In this document: positions 20,144-30,438 of the stretch, piece after piece
How positions within the stretch are numbered: position 1 is the first letter of the stretch
Layout: the number at the start of each line of letters is the position of its first letter
Position numbers and translations under genes: made by a program
Notes under the pieces: generated by a model
Told to the model about the DNA's origin: nothing
The model's database searches: none
What the model saw: the letters and a program-made list of their open reading frames with translations, nothing else
Source: Nitrososphaerota archaeon
Lineage (GTDB): Archaea > Thermoproteota > Nitrososphaeria_A > Caldarchaeales > Calditenuaceae
Length of the DNA stretch: 64,000 bases
Assembly: GCA_041641295.1 (NCBI GenBank)
Contig: JBEPYO010000001.1
Coordinates: 1,440,001-1,504,000 of the forward strand
Reading direction: 5' to 3'

Positions 20144-20295
20144 CACAGCAGAATACTTACTCGCCTCTATCGCTATATAACTTAGCCGCATATCCTCCTC
20201 TCTTCTCTCTGGTTCTCCGATGGAGAGGGATAGGACAGAATCCACGCGGGGTAGTTATTTTAACTCCCACGAGGGTCTGGAGGTGTGGGGGAATT

Positions 20296-21303
20296 ATGAG
20301 GTGGAAAATAGCGATTGTGAACTCGGCAACTTTTGGGGCGTATACGGGGGTTCTTGAGAGGCTAAGCAAGGTGGGTGAGGTTGTGAGAATAAATGTGCCG
20401 AGGGAGATTAGTGGGGAGAAGCTAGCCTCCCGTCTAGCGGGGTTCCAGTTTGTCGTAGCCAGCACGAATCCGCGGTACGACGAGAAGTTCTTCAGGGCAA
20501 ATACTGACGTGGTTTTGCTGGCGAGGAATGGTATTGGCCTAGATAACATAGACGTGAAGGCTGCTACGGAGTGCGGTGTTGTTGTAACCAGGGTGCCTGG
20601 AGAGGTGGAGAGAGAGGCCGTGGCGGAACTCGCCATTGCACTGATGCTTGACGCTGCACGCTCAGTCTCCGCAGCCTACAACGCCGTAAGGGAGGGGAGA
20701 TGGCATGAGAGGGGCCGGTTCATCGGGCTTGAACTAAAGGGGAGGACAGTGGGCATCATAGGTCTCGGAAACATTGGGCGGAGGGTCGCCGAGATACTGT
20801 CTAAAGGGTTCGGAGCCCGGGTTCTCGCCTACGACCCTTACATCTCCGAAGACGCTGCGGCCAGTATCGGGGTGAAACTTACGGACTTGGAAACGCTCCT
20901 GAGAGAATCAGATATCGTGACGCTCCACGCCCCTCTTACAGAGGAGACGCGCCACATCATAAACGTGAAGACGATTGCGTTGATGAAGAATGGCTCTATA
21001 CTGGTCAACACGGCTAGAGGAGGTCTCGTCGATACTAATGCATTAGTTGAGGCCCTTAAGGCCGGCAAGCTGAGATATGCAGCATTAGACGTCGTGGAGG
21101 GGGATTATGTAATGCCTGGAAACCCACTCTTACAGTTTGAGAATATTGTAGTTACGCCTCACATTGGCGCCTACACCTACGAGTCGTTCGGCGGGATAGA
21201 TGAGTGTGTCGCCGAGGCTATCGAGGCTGTTGCTAAGGGTGAGAAGCCAAAGTACGTGGTTAATCCAGAAGTGTATGAGGGGCGGGTGAGGAGGCTGGAG
21301 TAA
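20296..21303 (+). CDS. D-isomer-specific 2-hydroxyacid dehydrogenase
   Basis: RNGIGLDNID, GLGNIG, NTARG, ALDV, TPHIG; start placed at MRWKIA. Confidence 0.9.
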   Translation: MRWKIAIVNSATFGAYTGVLERLSKVGEVVRINVPREISGEKLASRLAGFQFVVASTNPRYDEKFFRANTDVVLLARNGIGLDNIDVKAATECGVVVTRVPGEVEREAVAELAIALMLDAARSVSAAYNAVREGRWHERGRFIGLELKGRTVGIIGLGNIGRRVAEILSKGFGARVLAYDPYISEDAAASIGVKLTDLETLLRESDIVTLHAPLTEETRHIINVKTIALMKNGSILVNTARGGLVDTNALVEALKAGKLRYAALDVVEGDYVMPGNPLLQFENIVVTPHIGAYTYESFGGIDECVAEAIEAVAKGEKPKYVVNPEVYEGRVRRLE

Positions 21304-21351
21304 AATCAAATTTATATGGATCGATTGAGCATAGACAAATTGTAAGCGTCC

Positions 21352-21915
21352 ATGTTATTCTCCGCAAAAATTGATTTGGCTAAAAGAATGATTGAACCAC
21401 ATACAAAACACAACGTGGTGAGGCTCTCTGCTCTAAAGGAATACTTCAATGATCAAGTCGAGGTGGAGAGAATGATTAACAGCCTTGGGGACTTGGTCGT
21501 CTATGAGTATTTTGAGAATAGTTTCGGGGATGAGGAAGAAAATGTGAACTTTGGGCTGACGGTGTTGTATCCGGGGAAGGTTGGGCGGGAGTATTTCCTG
21601 ACCCGTGGACATTTCCATGAGAAGCGGGCTGCTGAGATCTATATTGGCTTGGAGGGTGAGGGGGTCATCTTAATGCAGTCGGAGGATGGGAAGGTGGAGT
21701 GGCGCCCTCTCGAACCAAACACTGTCGTTTACGTGCCGCCGGGGTGGGGGCATCGGACAATAAACACGGGCAATCAGAGGCTAACTTTCTTCTTCGCCTA
21801 TCCCTCAGACGCAGGGCATGACTATGAGATTGTTAGGAGGAAGGGCTTCGCAAAGCTGGTTGTAGAGGAGAATGGGCGACCGGTTTTAATCGACAACCCT
21901 AAGTATCGTACGTGA
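21352..21915 (+). CDS. Cupin-type glucose-6-phosphate isomerase family protein
   Basis: PGKVGREYFLTRGHFH...E.Y, YVPPGWGHRTINTG, AGHDY. Confidence 0.9.
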   Translation: MLFSAKIDLAKRMIEPHTKHNVVRLSALKEYFNDQVEVERMINSLGDLVVYEYFENSFGDEEENVNFGLTVLYPGKVGREYFLTRGHFHEKRAAEIYIGLEGEGVILMQSEDGKVEWRPLEPNTVVYVPPGWGHRTINTGNQRLTFFFAYPSDAGHDYEIVRRKGFAKLVVEENGRPVLIDNPKYRT

Positions 21916-21959
21916 GATTTCGCTTCGTGATTAATTAATCTCTTTTAGGGCTATAGTAT

Positions 21960-22994
21960 CTATGGGTTGAGAATTACTCGGAGGTTTTCAAGCTTCTGTG
22001 CTTCGCTGAAGCCGTTAACACCCTCTATCAGTGGGAGGCGCATGCTTATCAGCTGCTTAAGGTCCACCCTGCCTGAAGCCACTATGTCCAGAGCTTTCTT
22101 AAACTCGACTGGTGTTGACATAGATGTTCCGAGCACCCTTATCTGCTTATAGTGTATGATATTCGTATCTATTTCGACTCCTTTGACGCCGGCAGGTAGT
22201 CCAGCAAAGTAGTTGACTGCTCCCCCAGGCCTAACAACTCTCAAGGCATCCCTCTGCGCATCAGGTACGCCGACGGCCACTACTACTGCATCTACCCCCT
22301 CACCGCCCGTTAGCCTCTGAACCTCCTTTGCAACATCTACCCCCTCGCTCAGCAAGACTACGTGGTCAGCCCCCAGACGCTCAGCAAATCTTGCTCTAGC
22401 CTCGCTCTTCTCACACATGATTATTTTGCTGAGGCCGAGCGCCTTGGCTAATAAAAGATGCATGAGCCCAATTGGACCAGCGCCAAATATTGCCAGGCTA
22501 TCTCCAGCGCTCAATCCAAGCTTTAGCTGCCCCCTCAGACAGTCTGACAGGGGCTCTACAAGGGCGGCCTCCTCCATGCTCAGCCAGTCCGGAATCTCTT
22601 GGACACATCCAACGGAGAAGGCTGCGGCTGGAACGACCATGTATTCTGCAAACCCTCCGTCAACGTCTATGCCGATAGCATACCTCTTGGGACATAGAAC
22701 ATGCTCCCCTCGCAGACAGTAGAAACAGCTCCCGCAGAAGATGTTTGGATTCAGTGTTACACGCTTATTCAACAGCTCCTCCCTGCCCTTACCCGCGTCC
22801 ACGACTACACCCGCAACTTCATGCCCGAGGGTCACAGGAACTTTAGTCCTTGAGCCATAATTGTATGCCTTCAGGTCTGTCGCACATATGCCGGCGGCTG
22901 CAACTTTCAGAACAACCTCTCCTTCTCTCGGAACCGGTCTATCAACCTCTTCGAGCCGAAGATCCTTTACGCCATATAGCCTGAGCGCCTTCAT
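21960..22994 (-). CDS. Zn-dependent (MDR) polyol/sugar dehydrogenase
   Basis: GICATD, GHEVAG, CGSCFYC...C, GAGPIG. Confidence 0.9.
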   Translation of the reverse strand: MKALRLYGVKDLRLEEVDRPVPREGEVVLKVAAAGICATDLKAYNYGSRTKVPVTLGHEVAGVVVDAGKGREELLNKRVTLNPNIFCGSCFYCLRGEHVLCPKRYAIGIDVDGGFAEYMVVPAAAFSVGCVQEIPDWLSMEEAALVEPLSDCLRGQLKLGLSAGDSLAIFGAGPIGLMHLLLAKALGLSKIIMCEKSEARARFAERLGADHVVLLSEGVDVAKEVQRLTGGEGVDAVVVAVGVPDAQRDALRVVRPGGAVNYFAGLPAGVKGVEIDTNIIHYKQIRVLGTSMSTPVEFKKALDIVASGRVDLKQLISMRLPLIEGVNGFSEAQKLENLRVILNP

Positions 22995-23000
22995 CCCACA

Positions 23001-24032
23001 TCACGCGAGAGGTAGTGCAACGGGTCTACCTGTCTCCACTGACTTATGTGCCGCAAGAACTGCCTCTAAAGCCTTCCTCCCATCCACGCCGGTTACGGAA
23101 GGCTCTTTATCATGGATTATGCAATCGGCGAAGTGTTCGATCTCGTTTATGTATCCATCTCTAAACCTGTCTCTCCAGCTCTTGAAGCTCTCCGTTAGTA
23201 CGCGCATATCTTTTGTTACACGGGTCAGGGTTGTGCCTCTTATTTCTCCAACGGTAATTACTCCTTCAGTGCCCAAGATCTCAATCCTAGCATCATAACC
23301 ATAACCAACAGGGCATGCCCCATCAATGACCCCCAGACCATTGTTCCTAAACCTCGCTAAAACGACGGCCACATCATAAAAGTTAGGATACTTCTCCCTA
23401 AGGTCTGGACGTATGAGAGCTGAGACATCGCAGCAAATAGATGAATACTCATCACCCATAATCCATCTAAGTGTATCAAAATCATGGCTATTGACTTCTG
23501 CCAAGAATCCAATTCCCGTCTTTGGGTCCAGTGCCCAAGGAGGCGGCAAACCAGGTCCGCGACCCACCGACTTGACAAGGATAGGCCTCCCAATCTCTCC
23601 AGACTCTACTATTTTTTTAGCGGATGTAAACTCGGGGTCAAAACGCCTCATGAACCCAATCTGAAGCTTCACACCATATCGCTTGGTTACAGAGATCATT
23701 TTATCAGCCTCTTCAAGCGTCAAGGCCATGGGCTTCTCGCAGAAGACGTGCTTCCCAGCCTCAGCCGCCTCAATGGTTAGTGAGGTGTGAGTGAAAGTTG
23801 GTGTTGTTATCACTACAGCATCGAATTCGGACTTCCTCAGAGCTGTCGTGAGGTCTTTAAAGACTGCTAATCCGCCCAGCTCTTCCCCTAGCTTCGTCGC
23901 AGCGGCCAAATCACTGTCCACAATAGCTACGAGCTCTGCATTCTTTACCCTCGTCATAATGTTTCTCGCATGCACAGTGCCTGCCCTCCCAGCACCAATC
24001 ACGCAAAAGTTGACAATCTTTTGTGCAGGCAT
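23001..24032 (-). CDS. Gfo/Idh/MocA oxidoreductase (inositol 2-dehydrogenase-like)
   Basis: GAGRAG, CEKP, GFMRRFD, HDFD, YGYDAR.EI.GTEG. Confidence 0.88.
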   Translation of the reverse strand: MPAQKIVNFCVIGAGRAGTVHARNIMTRVKNAELVAIVDSDLAAATKLGEELGGLAVFKDLTTALRKSEFDAVVITTPTFTHTSLTIEAAEAGKHVFCEKPMALTLEEADKMISVTKRYGVKLQIGFMRRFDPEFTSAKKIVESGEIGRPILVKSVGRGPGLPPPWALDPKTGIGFLAEVNSHDFDTLRWIMGDEYSSICCDVSALIRPDLREKYPNFYDVAVVLARFRNNGLGVIDGACPVGYGYDARIEILGTEGVITVGEIRGTTLTRVTKDMRVLTESFKSWRDRFRDGYINEIEHFADCIIHDKEPSVTGVDGRKALEAVLAAHKSVETGRPVALPLA

Positions 24033-24073
24033 TTCGGAGACCTAAAGGCTTATAGGACCTATTTACTTTTCCC

Positions 24074-24868
24074 TTAAAAGTCTCCTCCCACTACAATCAC
24101 CTCACCTGATATGTATGAAGCCTCATCCGAAGCGAGGAATAGTATCGCCCTTGAAACCTCCTCAGGTTTTCCAAGCCTTCCGAAGAGGTAGCGCTTCTTG
24201 ATATCCTCCTCCGTTAAACCCCTTGCTTCGAGGTATCTTCTAAAGAGAGGTGTGTCTATCGCCCTTGGGGCCACAGCATTGACCCGTATCCCATAGGGTG
24301 CTAACTCGAGAGCTAGAGCCTTGGTGAAGCCGATAATGCCAGCCTTTGACGCCGCATATGCCGTTGACAATAACCCGCCACGGATGCCTTGTATCGACGA
24401 TACATTGACTATCGAGCCTCTTATAGAATTGCTTATCATATGTGAGACAACATATTTGCAGAACAGATAAACAGATTTTAGATTAACATCAATTGTTTTC
24501 TGCCAAGCGTCTGTGGTAGTCTCAAGAAGCGTGGCAATCAAGTGAATAGCGGCATTGTTCACAAGAATGTCTACTCGCCCATATCTATTCACTACGCTCT
24601 CTACGCATCTCTTCACATCTTCCTCGTTGGAGACATCCGCTTTTACGAAAAGGGCAGCCCCCTGACCATGTATGTCGGTGATCTCTTTCTCTAAATGCCT
24701 CCCAGCATCTTCATTGATGTCTACCAACACTACCCTGCACCCCTCATCTACAAACAAGGTCGAGGTCGAGCTACCAATCCCACTGGCTGCCCCAGTAATT
24801 ATCGCTACACGATCTTTTAGCCTGTATCTGCTCAAGCTAACACATCCTCGAAGAAGTTTTCTATCCAT
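24074..24868 (-). CDS. SDR family oxidoreductase
   Basis: TGAASGIG, NNAA, YAASK; true start may be TTG at 24835. Confidence 0.9.
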   Translation of the reverse strand: MDRKLLRGCVSLSRYRLKDRVAIITGAASGIGSSTSTLFVDEGCRVVLVDINEDAGRHLEKEITDIHGQGAALFVKADVSNEEDVKRCVESVVNRYGRVDILVNNAAIHLIATLLETTTDAWQKTIDVNLKSVYLFCKYVVSHMISNSIRGSIVNVSSIQGIRGGLLSTAYAASKAGIIGFTKALALELAPYGIRVNAVAPRAIDTPLFRRYLEARGLTEEDIKKRYLFGRLGKPEEVSRAILFLASDEASYISGEVIVVGGDF

Positions 24869-25868
24869 CTTTATAGGTTTCCTTGATGTAGGGAATAACC
24901 TTCGTACCCATGAACCTAATGAACTTTCTCTGGTCTGGGCTTGTACTTAGAAACTCGATCTCGTTTACACCCATTCTGACCCACTTCTCAATACGCTTAA
25001 TGGCATCTTCCTCACATGTTATTATGAACCTCTTCTGGAGGACTTGCTCCCGCGTAATTGTACTTCCCAGCCTCTCGAGCTCGCGTGGGTCGTAAATATC
25101 TGAGTCGAAAATACCTGGCACCATAGTCGGGTTCCAGAATCTGCACCCCTCAATAGCCCTGTCCAAGTCTTCGTCATATGATACAACACTATGAACTATC
25201 TTCTTAATCTTAGAGACATCGCGTCCCGCATCTGCCGCCCCCCTTTCCATCGCAGGTAATACCTCACTCACAAAAACTTGCTCAAACACGCGGGCGGAAA
25301 CCACAACCCCGTCGGCGTAGTAGCCCGCTACATAGCCGGACTTCTTTCCACTCGCAACCATGAATATGGGAATCTTAGTCTTGGGTTTTGTGTAAAGATT
25401 TGCCTGCCTAAGCTTATAGTACTTTCCATCATAATCAATAAAATCTCTCGTCCAGAGGGCCCTGATTATTTCAAAAGACTCTCGCACACGCATAAGTCTT
25501 TCATTATAAGGAGGCCACGGCAGCCCCAGAGGCATCTCATTCATTGCCTCGCCCGTTGCAAGACATAAAAACACTCGGCCTGGAAATATGTAGTCTAGTG
25601 TCGCATATGCTTGAGCAATAAGTGCTGGATGATAGCGCATTATTGTCGCACATACAGAGCCTATCCTCATTCTATGAGTCTTCACAGCCGCTATTCCAAG
25701 CCAGCTAAGTGCGAAGCCGGAGTGCGCATTTGTATGGCTCCACGGGTGGAAATGGTCACTAGACCATATCGTGTCGAAGTTGTAGCGCTCAGCCTCCACA
25801 GAGAATTCCAGAAGACTTACAGGGTCGTATTGTTCGTGTGCGCAGTAAAAGCCAAACTCGATAGTCAA
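24861..25868 (-). CDS. LLM-class F420-dependent dehydrogenase, Fgd/G6PDH-like
   Basis: AHEQ, SDHFHPW, RYHPALIAQA, TGEAMNE, GKYY.L..A.LY; start placed at TTG 25868. Confidence 0.8.
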   Translation of the reverse strand: MTIEFGFYCAHEQYDPVSLLEFSVEAERYNFDTIWSSDHFHPWSHTNAHSGFALSWLGIAAVKTHRMRIGSVCATIMRYHPALIAQAYATLDYIFPGRVFLCLATGEAMNEMPLGLPWPPYNERLMRVRESFEIIRALWTRDFIDYDGKYYKLRQANLYTKPKTKIPIFMVASGKKSGYVAGYYADGVVVSARVFEQVFVSEVLPAMERGAADAGRDVSKIKKIVHSVVSYDEDLDRAIEGCRFWNPTMVPGIFDSDIYDPRELERLGSTITREQVLQKRFIITCEEDAIKRIEKWVRMGVNEIEFLSTSPDQRKFIRFMGTKVIPYIKETYKDG

Positions 25869-26150
25869 CGAGGAAAAAATATGTAAGGAGATATTTAGAG
25901 ATAACCCGATATTCTGCGAGCATAGAGTAATGCGCGCGTTCATAAACCATTAGAGAATCATCCATTAATCTCCCACTGTCTACTGGCCAGTTAAAAAAAT
26001 TTCATGAACCCGTGAAATTATGTGATCCTAGGTGCCGGCCAAGTGTATTTAAAAGATTTTATGATATTGGAGACAAAAACAATCATATAAGATAGCAGCC
26101 ATATTCTGCGTGCGGAAAAATTTTTAAGTAGGCGAAAGTATTGCAGCTCT

Positions 26151-26918
26151 GTGAGACTAAAGGATAAGGTAGCTATAGTTACAGGCGGCGCTCGAGGTAT
26201 AGGATTTGCAATAGCTTCAAGGTTTGCGAAAGAAGGTGGGAAGGTAGCGATATTGGATATAGATTTGGAGAAGGCTGAAAAAGCTGTAAATACCATTAAA
26301 AATGAAGTCAGTGGGGCGGAAGTCATAGCGCTCCAAGCAGATGTGAGCAATGTTGACTCCGTTAAGAGATGTGTTGACGAGGTCGTTAAAAGGTTTGGAA
26401 AAATCGACATATTAGTGAACAATGCGGCAATCCACCTTGGAAAACCATTCCATGAAGAGCCGCTGGAATATTGGGAGAAACAATTCAGAATAAACGTGCT
26501 TGGTACAGTTATACCCTCCCAGCTAGTTGTGCCTCACATGATTAAGGCGGGAGGCGGCTCAATCATCAATATCTCGTCGAAGGCTGCGATCACGGGTGAG
26601 CCGGGGCACGCCGCCTATAGTGCACTGAAGGGCGCAGTACTCTCACTAACACTTGCGATGGCCGTTGACTTGGCACCATACAACATCCGGGTCAATGCTA
26701 TATGCCCAGGACCTACAGAGACAGACCTATTGTACTCGGCCACAACAGAAGAGGAGCGGAAAAGAATGGCTGCTAGAGCTCCTTTGAAGAGGCTGGCGAA
26801 GCCCGAGGATATAGCGGCAGCCGCCCTCTACCTCGCGTCTGATGATTCTGCATATGTGACTGGGCAGAAGTTCGTCGTGGATGGCGGCATGACGATCGTC
26901 GCTGTCGAGAGAGTGTAG
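26151..26918 (+). CDS. SDR family oxidoreductase
   Basis: TGGARGIG, NNAA, YSALK, NAICPG. Confidence 0.9.
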   Translation: MRLKDKVAIVTGGARGIGFAIASRFAKEGGKVAILDIDLEKAEKAVNTIKNEVSGAEVIALQADVSNVDSVKRCVDEVVKRFGKIDILVNNAAIHLGKPFHEEPLEYWEKQFRINVLGTVIPSQLVVPHMIKAGGGSIINISSKAAITGEPGHAAYSALKGAVLSLTLAMAVDLAPYNIRVNAICPGPTETDLLYSATTEEERKRMAARAPLKRLAKPEDIAAAALYLASDDSAYVTGQKFVVDGGMTIVAVERV

Positions 26919-26987
26919 CAGGCGTAATACACCCGCTAATACCTTTAATAAGCCCATGCAATAACAATGGTTACGGGTCCCTGATTT

Positions 26988-28619
26988 ATGTCTAGAAAGT
27001 TCATTATCCGCGACCCATTCGCACTGCATAGGGAGGGTGTATTAAAGAGTCGCGGTTACGCGGCGTGGAGGAGTAACATCTACGTGGCTGAAGCCATCTC
27101 TGATGTGTTGAAACCGTGTTTTGGCCCCAAAGGCATGTCTAAGCTGGTTATCGACAAGTTTACTGAAGGGACGCTCACGAGTCATGGTGCGGAGATACTG
27201 GAAAAGCTTGACCTTCACCACCCCGTAGCTAGGCTTCTCAGTGAGGCATCCAAGACCGTCGACAAAACGGTAGGGGATGGCACCAAGACAACAATTATAT
27301 TGATTGGGGAATTATTAAGAAAAGCTGCAGATCTGGCAACTAAGCAGCTAAAAGTCAATACAATAATACAGGGATACTCGATAGCATATAACACTGCATT
27401 GAAAAATCTACGGTCGTTTAGTATGGCGGTCAACACGGTCGATAGTAATTCAATTAAAAAATTTGTATCCGCAATGTTCACCGCTAGGACTTTAGGTAAT
27501 GCCGATCACCTCTCAGAACTAGCAACCCAGGCTATAGCCACAACCATTAGAAAAAACGGTGATAACAAGGTCCTAGATAGGGATGCTGTAAAAATTGTTA
27601 AAAAAGCCGGAGGAAGCATCATGGAGAGCAAGGTACTAGATGGTGTTATCATCGAGAAAGGGGTTGCTCATCCAGCTATGCCGCGAATTATAAAAAATCC
27701 GAGAATCGCGATGCTAAATATGGCCTTAAAAATAGATGAATTCAAGCATCTACAGCCGTTTAAGTATCATATAGATATCAACAAGTCTGGCAGCATCAAT
27801 CAGTTCCTACAGGAAGAGGAGAGGATTGTTCGAAGTATGGTTGAGAGGGTGTTATCGGTTGGCGCAAATGTTGTCATATGTAGAAAGAGGATGGGGGACG
27901 TTGCAAAACAATTGCTTGCAAAGGCCGGCGTTATGGGAGTAAGCCGGCTACTCAATGAGAAGGAGTTTACTAGCGTCGCAAAGATCACGGGCGCTAGAAT
28001 AGTTTCCAGCATAGATGATATCAGGGAGGAGGACTTGGGCAGAGCGGGGCTCATTAGAGAGATGCAGATAGGAAGTGAGCGGGTCCTAGCTATCGAGGGA
28101 TGTAATAGTTCAGGAGGTGTTACGGTTCTGTTGAGAGGTTTTTCAGAGAACGTACTAAATGACATCGAACACGCATTCAAAGACGCGATAACTTATGTTT
28201 CCTCGATGTTAGAGGGGCCAGCCTACTTGCCGGGGGGAGGGGCTGTAGAGGAGTCGCTAGCCATAGCTATTAGAAAGGAGGCTTTAGAGCATGTGGGAAA
28301 AGAGCAGGAAGCTATCATCTCATGTGCAGACGCTCTAGAAACTATTCCGCGGCTTCTTGCAGAAAACTCTGGGCATGACCCATTAGAAGTGCTGACTGAG
28401 CTAAGAGCAAAACATGAGAAAGGCGAGAACCAGTACGGATTTGACGCCTTTACTGGCGAAGTATGTGACATGATTAAACTTGGCATAGTTGAGTCTCATA
28501 GAATGAAGGAGCAGGTGTTAAAGACAGCATTTGAGACAGCTATTATGCTGTTAAGGGTGGATGAGTTGGTTGATAGACGGTATGCTAAGAGGCATGAGGG
28601 TGAGCTTGGCGGGGAATAA
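26988..28619 (+). CDS. Divergent group II chaperonin (thermosome-like) subunit
   Basis: Full-length TCP-1 layout: GPKGMSK, HPVARLL, VGDGTKT, HPAMP, PGGGA.E, IPRLLAENSG, LLRVDE; several ATP-site residues altered. Confidence 0.9.
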   Translation: MSRKFIIRDPFALHREGVLKSRGYAAWRSNIYVAEAISDVLKPCFGPKGMSKLVIDKFTEGTLTSHGAEILEKLDLHHPVARLLSEASKTVDKTVGDGTKTTIILIGELLRKAADLATKQLKVNTIIQGYSIAYNTALKNLRSFSMAVNTVDSNSIKKFVSAMFTARTLGNADHLSELATQAIATTIRKNGDNKVLDRDAVKIVKKAGGSIMESKVLDGVIIEKGVAHPAMPRIIKNPRIAMLNMALKIDEFKHLQPFKYHIDINKSGSINQFLQEEERIVRSMVERVLSVGANVVICRKRMGDVAKQLLAKAGVMGVSRLLNEKEFTSVAKITGARIVSSIDDIREEDLGRAGLIREMQIGSERVLAIEGCNSSGGVTVLLRGFSENVLNDIEHAFKDAITYVSSMLEGPAYLPGGGAVEESLAIAIRKEALEHVGKEQEAIISCADALETIPRLLAENSGHDPLEVLTELRAKHEKGENQYGFDAFTGEVCDMIKLGIVESHRMKEQVLKTAFETAIMLLRVDELVDRRYAKRHEGELGGE

Positions 28620-28744
28620 GCTCCCACCAGCCACACAGTTAATGGGTAAGTTTATGTGAGCATAGCACTGCATTGGACTCTGCTCGTAGCATATAGTCGG
28701 AAAAATATTATTTAAGGGCCGCTGGTTGGAGTTTGGGAGGGTTT

Positions 28745-30292
28745 ATGAGCCCTCAGTACCTTATTGGTGTCGATATTGGGACAGCTGGAACGAAAGCAGC
28801 TATATTTGACGTTGAGGGCAACCAGTTGGCCGTATCATATGAAGAGTCTAAACTTTATTATCCGAGGGTGGGATGGGTTGAACAGGTTCCCGAAGACTTC
28901 TATATTTCGACGGTTAACACTGTCAGGGAGGTTGTTAAGAAGTCTAGGATCGACCCGCGCCAAGTCGCGTCAATTGCTTTCAGCGGACAGATGGCCGGCA
29001 TATTGGCGATAGATAAGGACTGGAACCCCGTGATGCCATACGACTCGTGGCTTGACATTAGGTGTGAAAAATACATCGATTATTTGAAGGCGAACCATGA
29101 AGAGTTGCTCATAGATAGGACTGGCGTGCCGCCGACTGTTGACCATCTCCCTAAAATGATGTGGTGGAAGAACGAGAGGCGCGAAACTTTCGAGAAGATA
29201 TGCAAATTTACCGTCCCCGCAGTGTATGTGGCCGGCAGACTAGCAGGGCTTAAGGGTGAAGACGCATTCTATGACTACACGTATGTAACTTTTACAGGGT
29301 TATTCGATATCCACAGGATGGATTGGTCTGAAGAGCTTGCCGAGATTTTCAAATTGCCGTTGGACAAGATGCCCAGGGTGGTTAAACCTTGGGAAGTGAT
29401 CGGAGAGCTCACGCAGGAGTCGGCTGAGAAAATGGGGCTTGTAAAGGGGATACCTATTGTAGCGGGGGCTGGAGATGGTATGGCTTGCGCGTTTGGTGCC
29501 GGATTGACGCAGCCCGGCCTATGCCTAGACATCGCTGGAACGGCCTCTGCCTTCTACGTCTCAACCGATAAAATTGCCCCAGATGTCAAACATAGGACGC
29601 TACTACACCTCAAGTCTGTCGTCCCAGATCAGTGGTGTGTTGGGGCGTATATTAATGGTGGTGGCCTATGTCTAAGATGGTTCAGGGACGAGATTGCTAA
29701 AGAGGAGAAGACAATAGCCCAACAGCAGGGGAGAGACCCGTATGAAATCTTGGATGAGAGAGCTTCAGAAATCTCCCCTGGTAGCGAGGGGGTATTCTTC
29801 ATCCCCCACCTTGGCGGAAGGGCATATCCTTACAACCCGCGCATCAGAGGTGTGTGGGTAGGCTTCAGCTGGAAACACACCAAAGGGCACCTCTACAGAT
29901 CCATACTAGAATCCATAGCGTTTGAATATAATCACTACTTGAAAATCCTCCGCGAGCTGTTAAGTAACATCAGGATAGGTGAGGTTAGGGGGATAGGAGG
30001 TGGGAGCAAGAGCCGGATTTGGTGTCAGATAAAGGCCGATATCTTAGGAGTCCCATACGTCTTGCTTAACAGAGAAGAATATGCCGTCACCGCATTGGCC
30101 GTTATCGGTGGATATGGTGTTAAAGTGTTAAAAGACTACAAGAAGACGATTGATGAATGGGTCAAGCCCGTTAAAAGGGTTGAACCAAGAGAGGAGGTGG
30201 CCAGCGTCTATCGTAAGTATTCAGAGTATTATGAAAAACTGGTTGCGCGAATCGATTACTTGATGGAAGACCATAGCAAACTATTCTCATAG
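28745..30292 (+). CDS. FGGY family carbohydrate kinase (xylulokinase-like)
   Basis: IGVDIGT, GWVEQ.P, SGQM, W.D.R, AGAGD, GT, GGGSKS..W.QIKADILG. Confidence 0.9.
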   Translation: MSPQYLIGVDIGTAGTKAAIFDVEGNQLAVSYEESKLYYPRVGWVEQVPEDFYISTVNTVREVVKKSRIDPRQVASIAFSGQMAGILAIDKDWNPVMPYDSWLDIRCEKYIDYLKANHEELLIDRTGVPPTVDHLPKMMWWKNERRETFEKICKFTVPAVYVAGRLAGLKGEDAFYDYTYVTFTGLFDIHRMDWSEELAEIFKLPLDKMPRVVKPWEVIGELTQESAEKMGLVKGIPIVAGAGDGMACAFGAGLTQPGLCLDIAGTASAFYVSTDKIAPDVKHRTLLHLKSVVPDQWCVGAYINGGGLCLRWFRDEIAKEEKTIAQQQGRDPYEILDERASEISPGSEGVFFIPHLGGRAYPYNPRIRGVWVGFSWKHTKGHLYRSILESIAFEYNHYLKILRELLSNIRIGEVRGIGGGSKSRIWCQIKADILGVPYVLLNREEYAVTALAVIGGYGVKVLKDYKKTIDEWVKPVKRVEPREEVASVYRKYSEYYEKLVARIDYLMEDHSKLFS

Positions 30293-30438
30293 ATGATATT
30301 CCGGCGTTAACTTTCTTTATACTGTCGTGCTTCTAATTAAGCTATCGACTGACGAGGTAAAAAGGTATGAAACGCTACGTATCGATATGTATCGTGCTAT
30401 AAATGTTTATATGTAGGCATTTCGATCTAATCTCCGCT

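Noticed and set aside
20119-20295. Apparent head-to-head overlap of the two dehydrogenase ORFs
   Set aside because: Artefact of longest-ORF calling; real starts at 20143 and 20296 leave a normal divergent promoter region.
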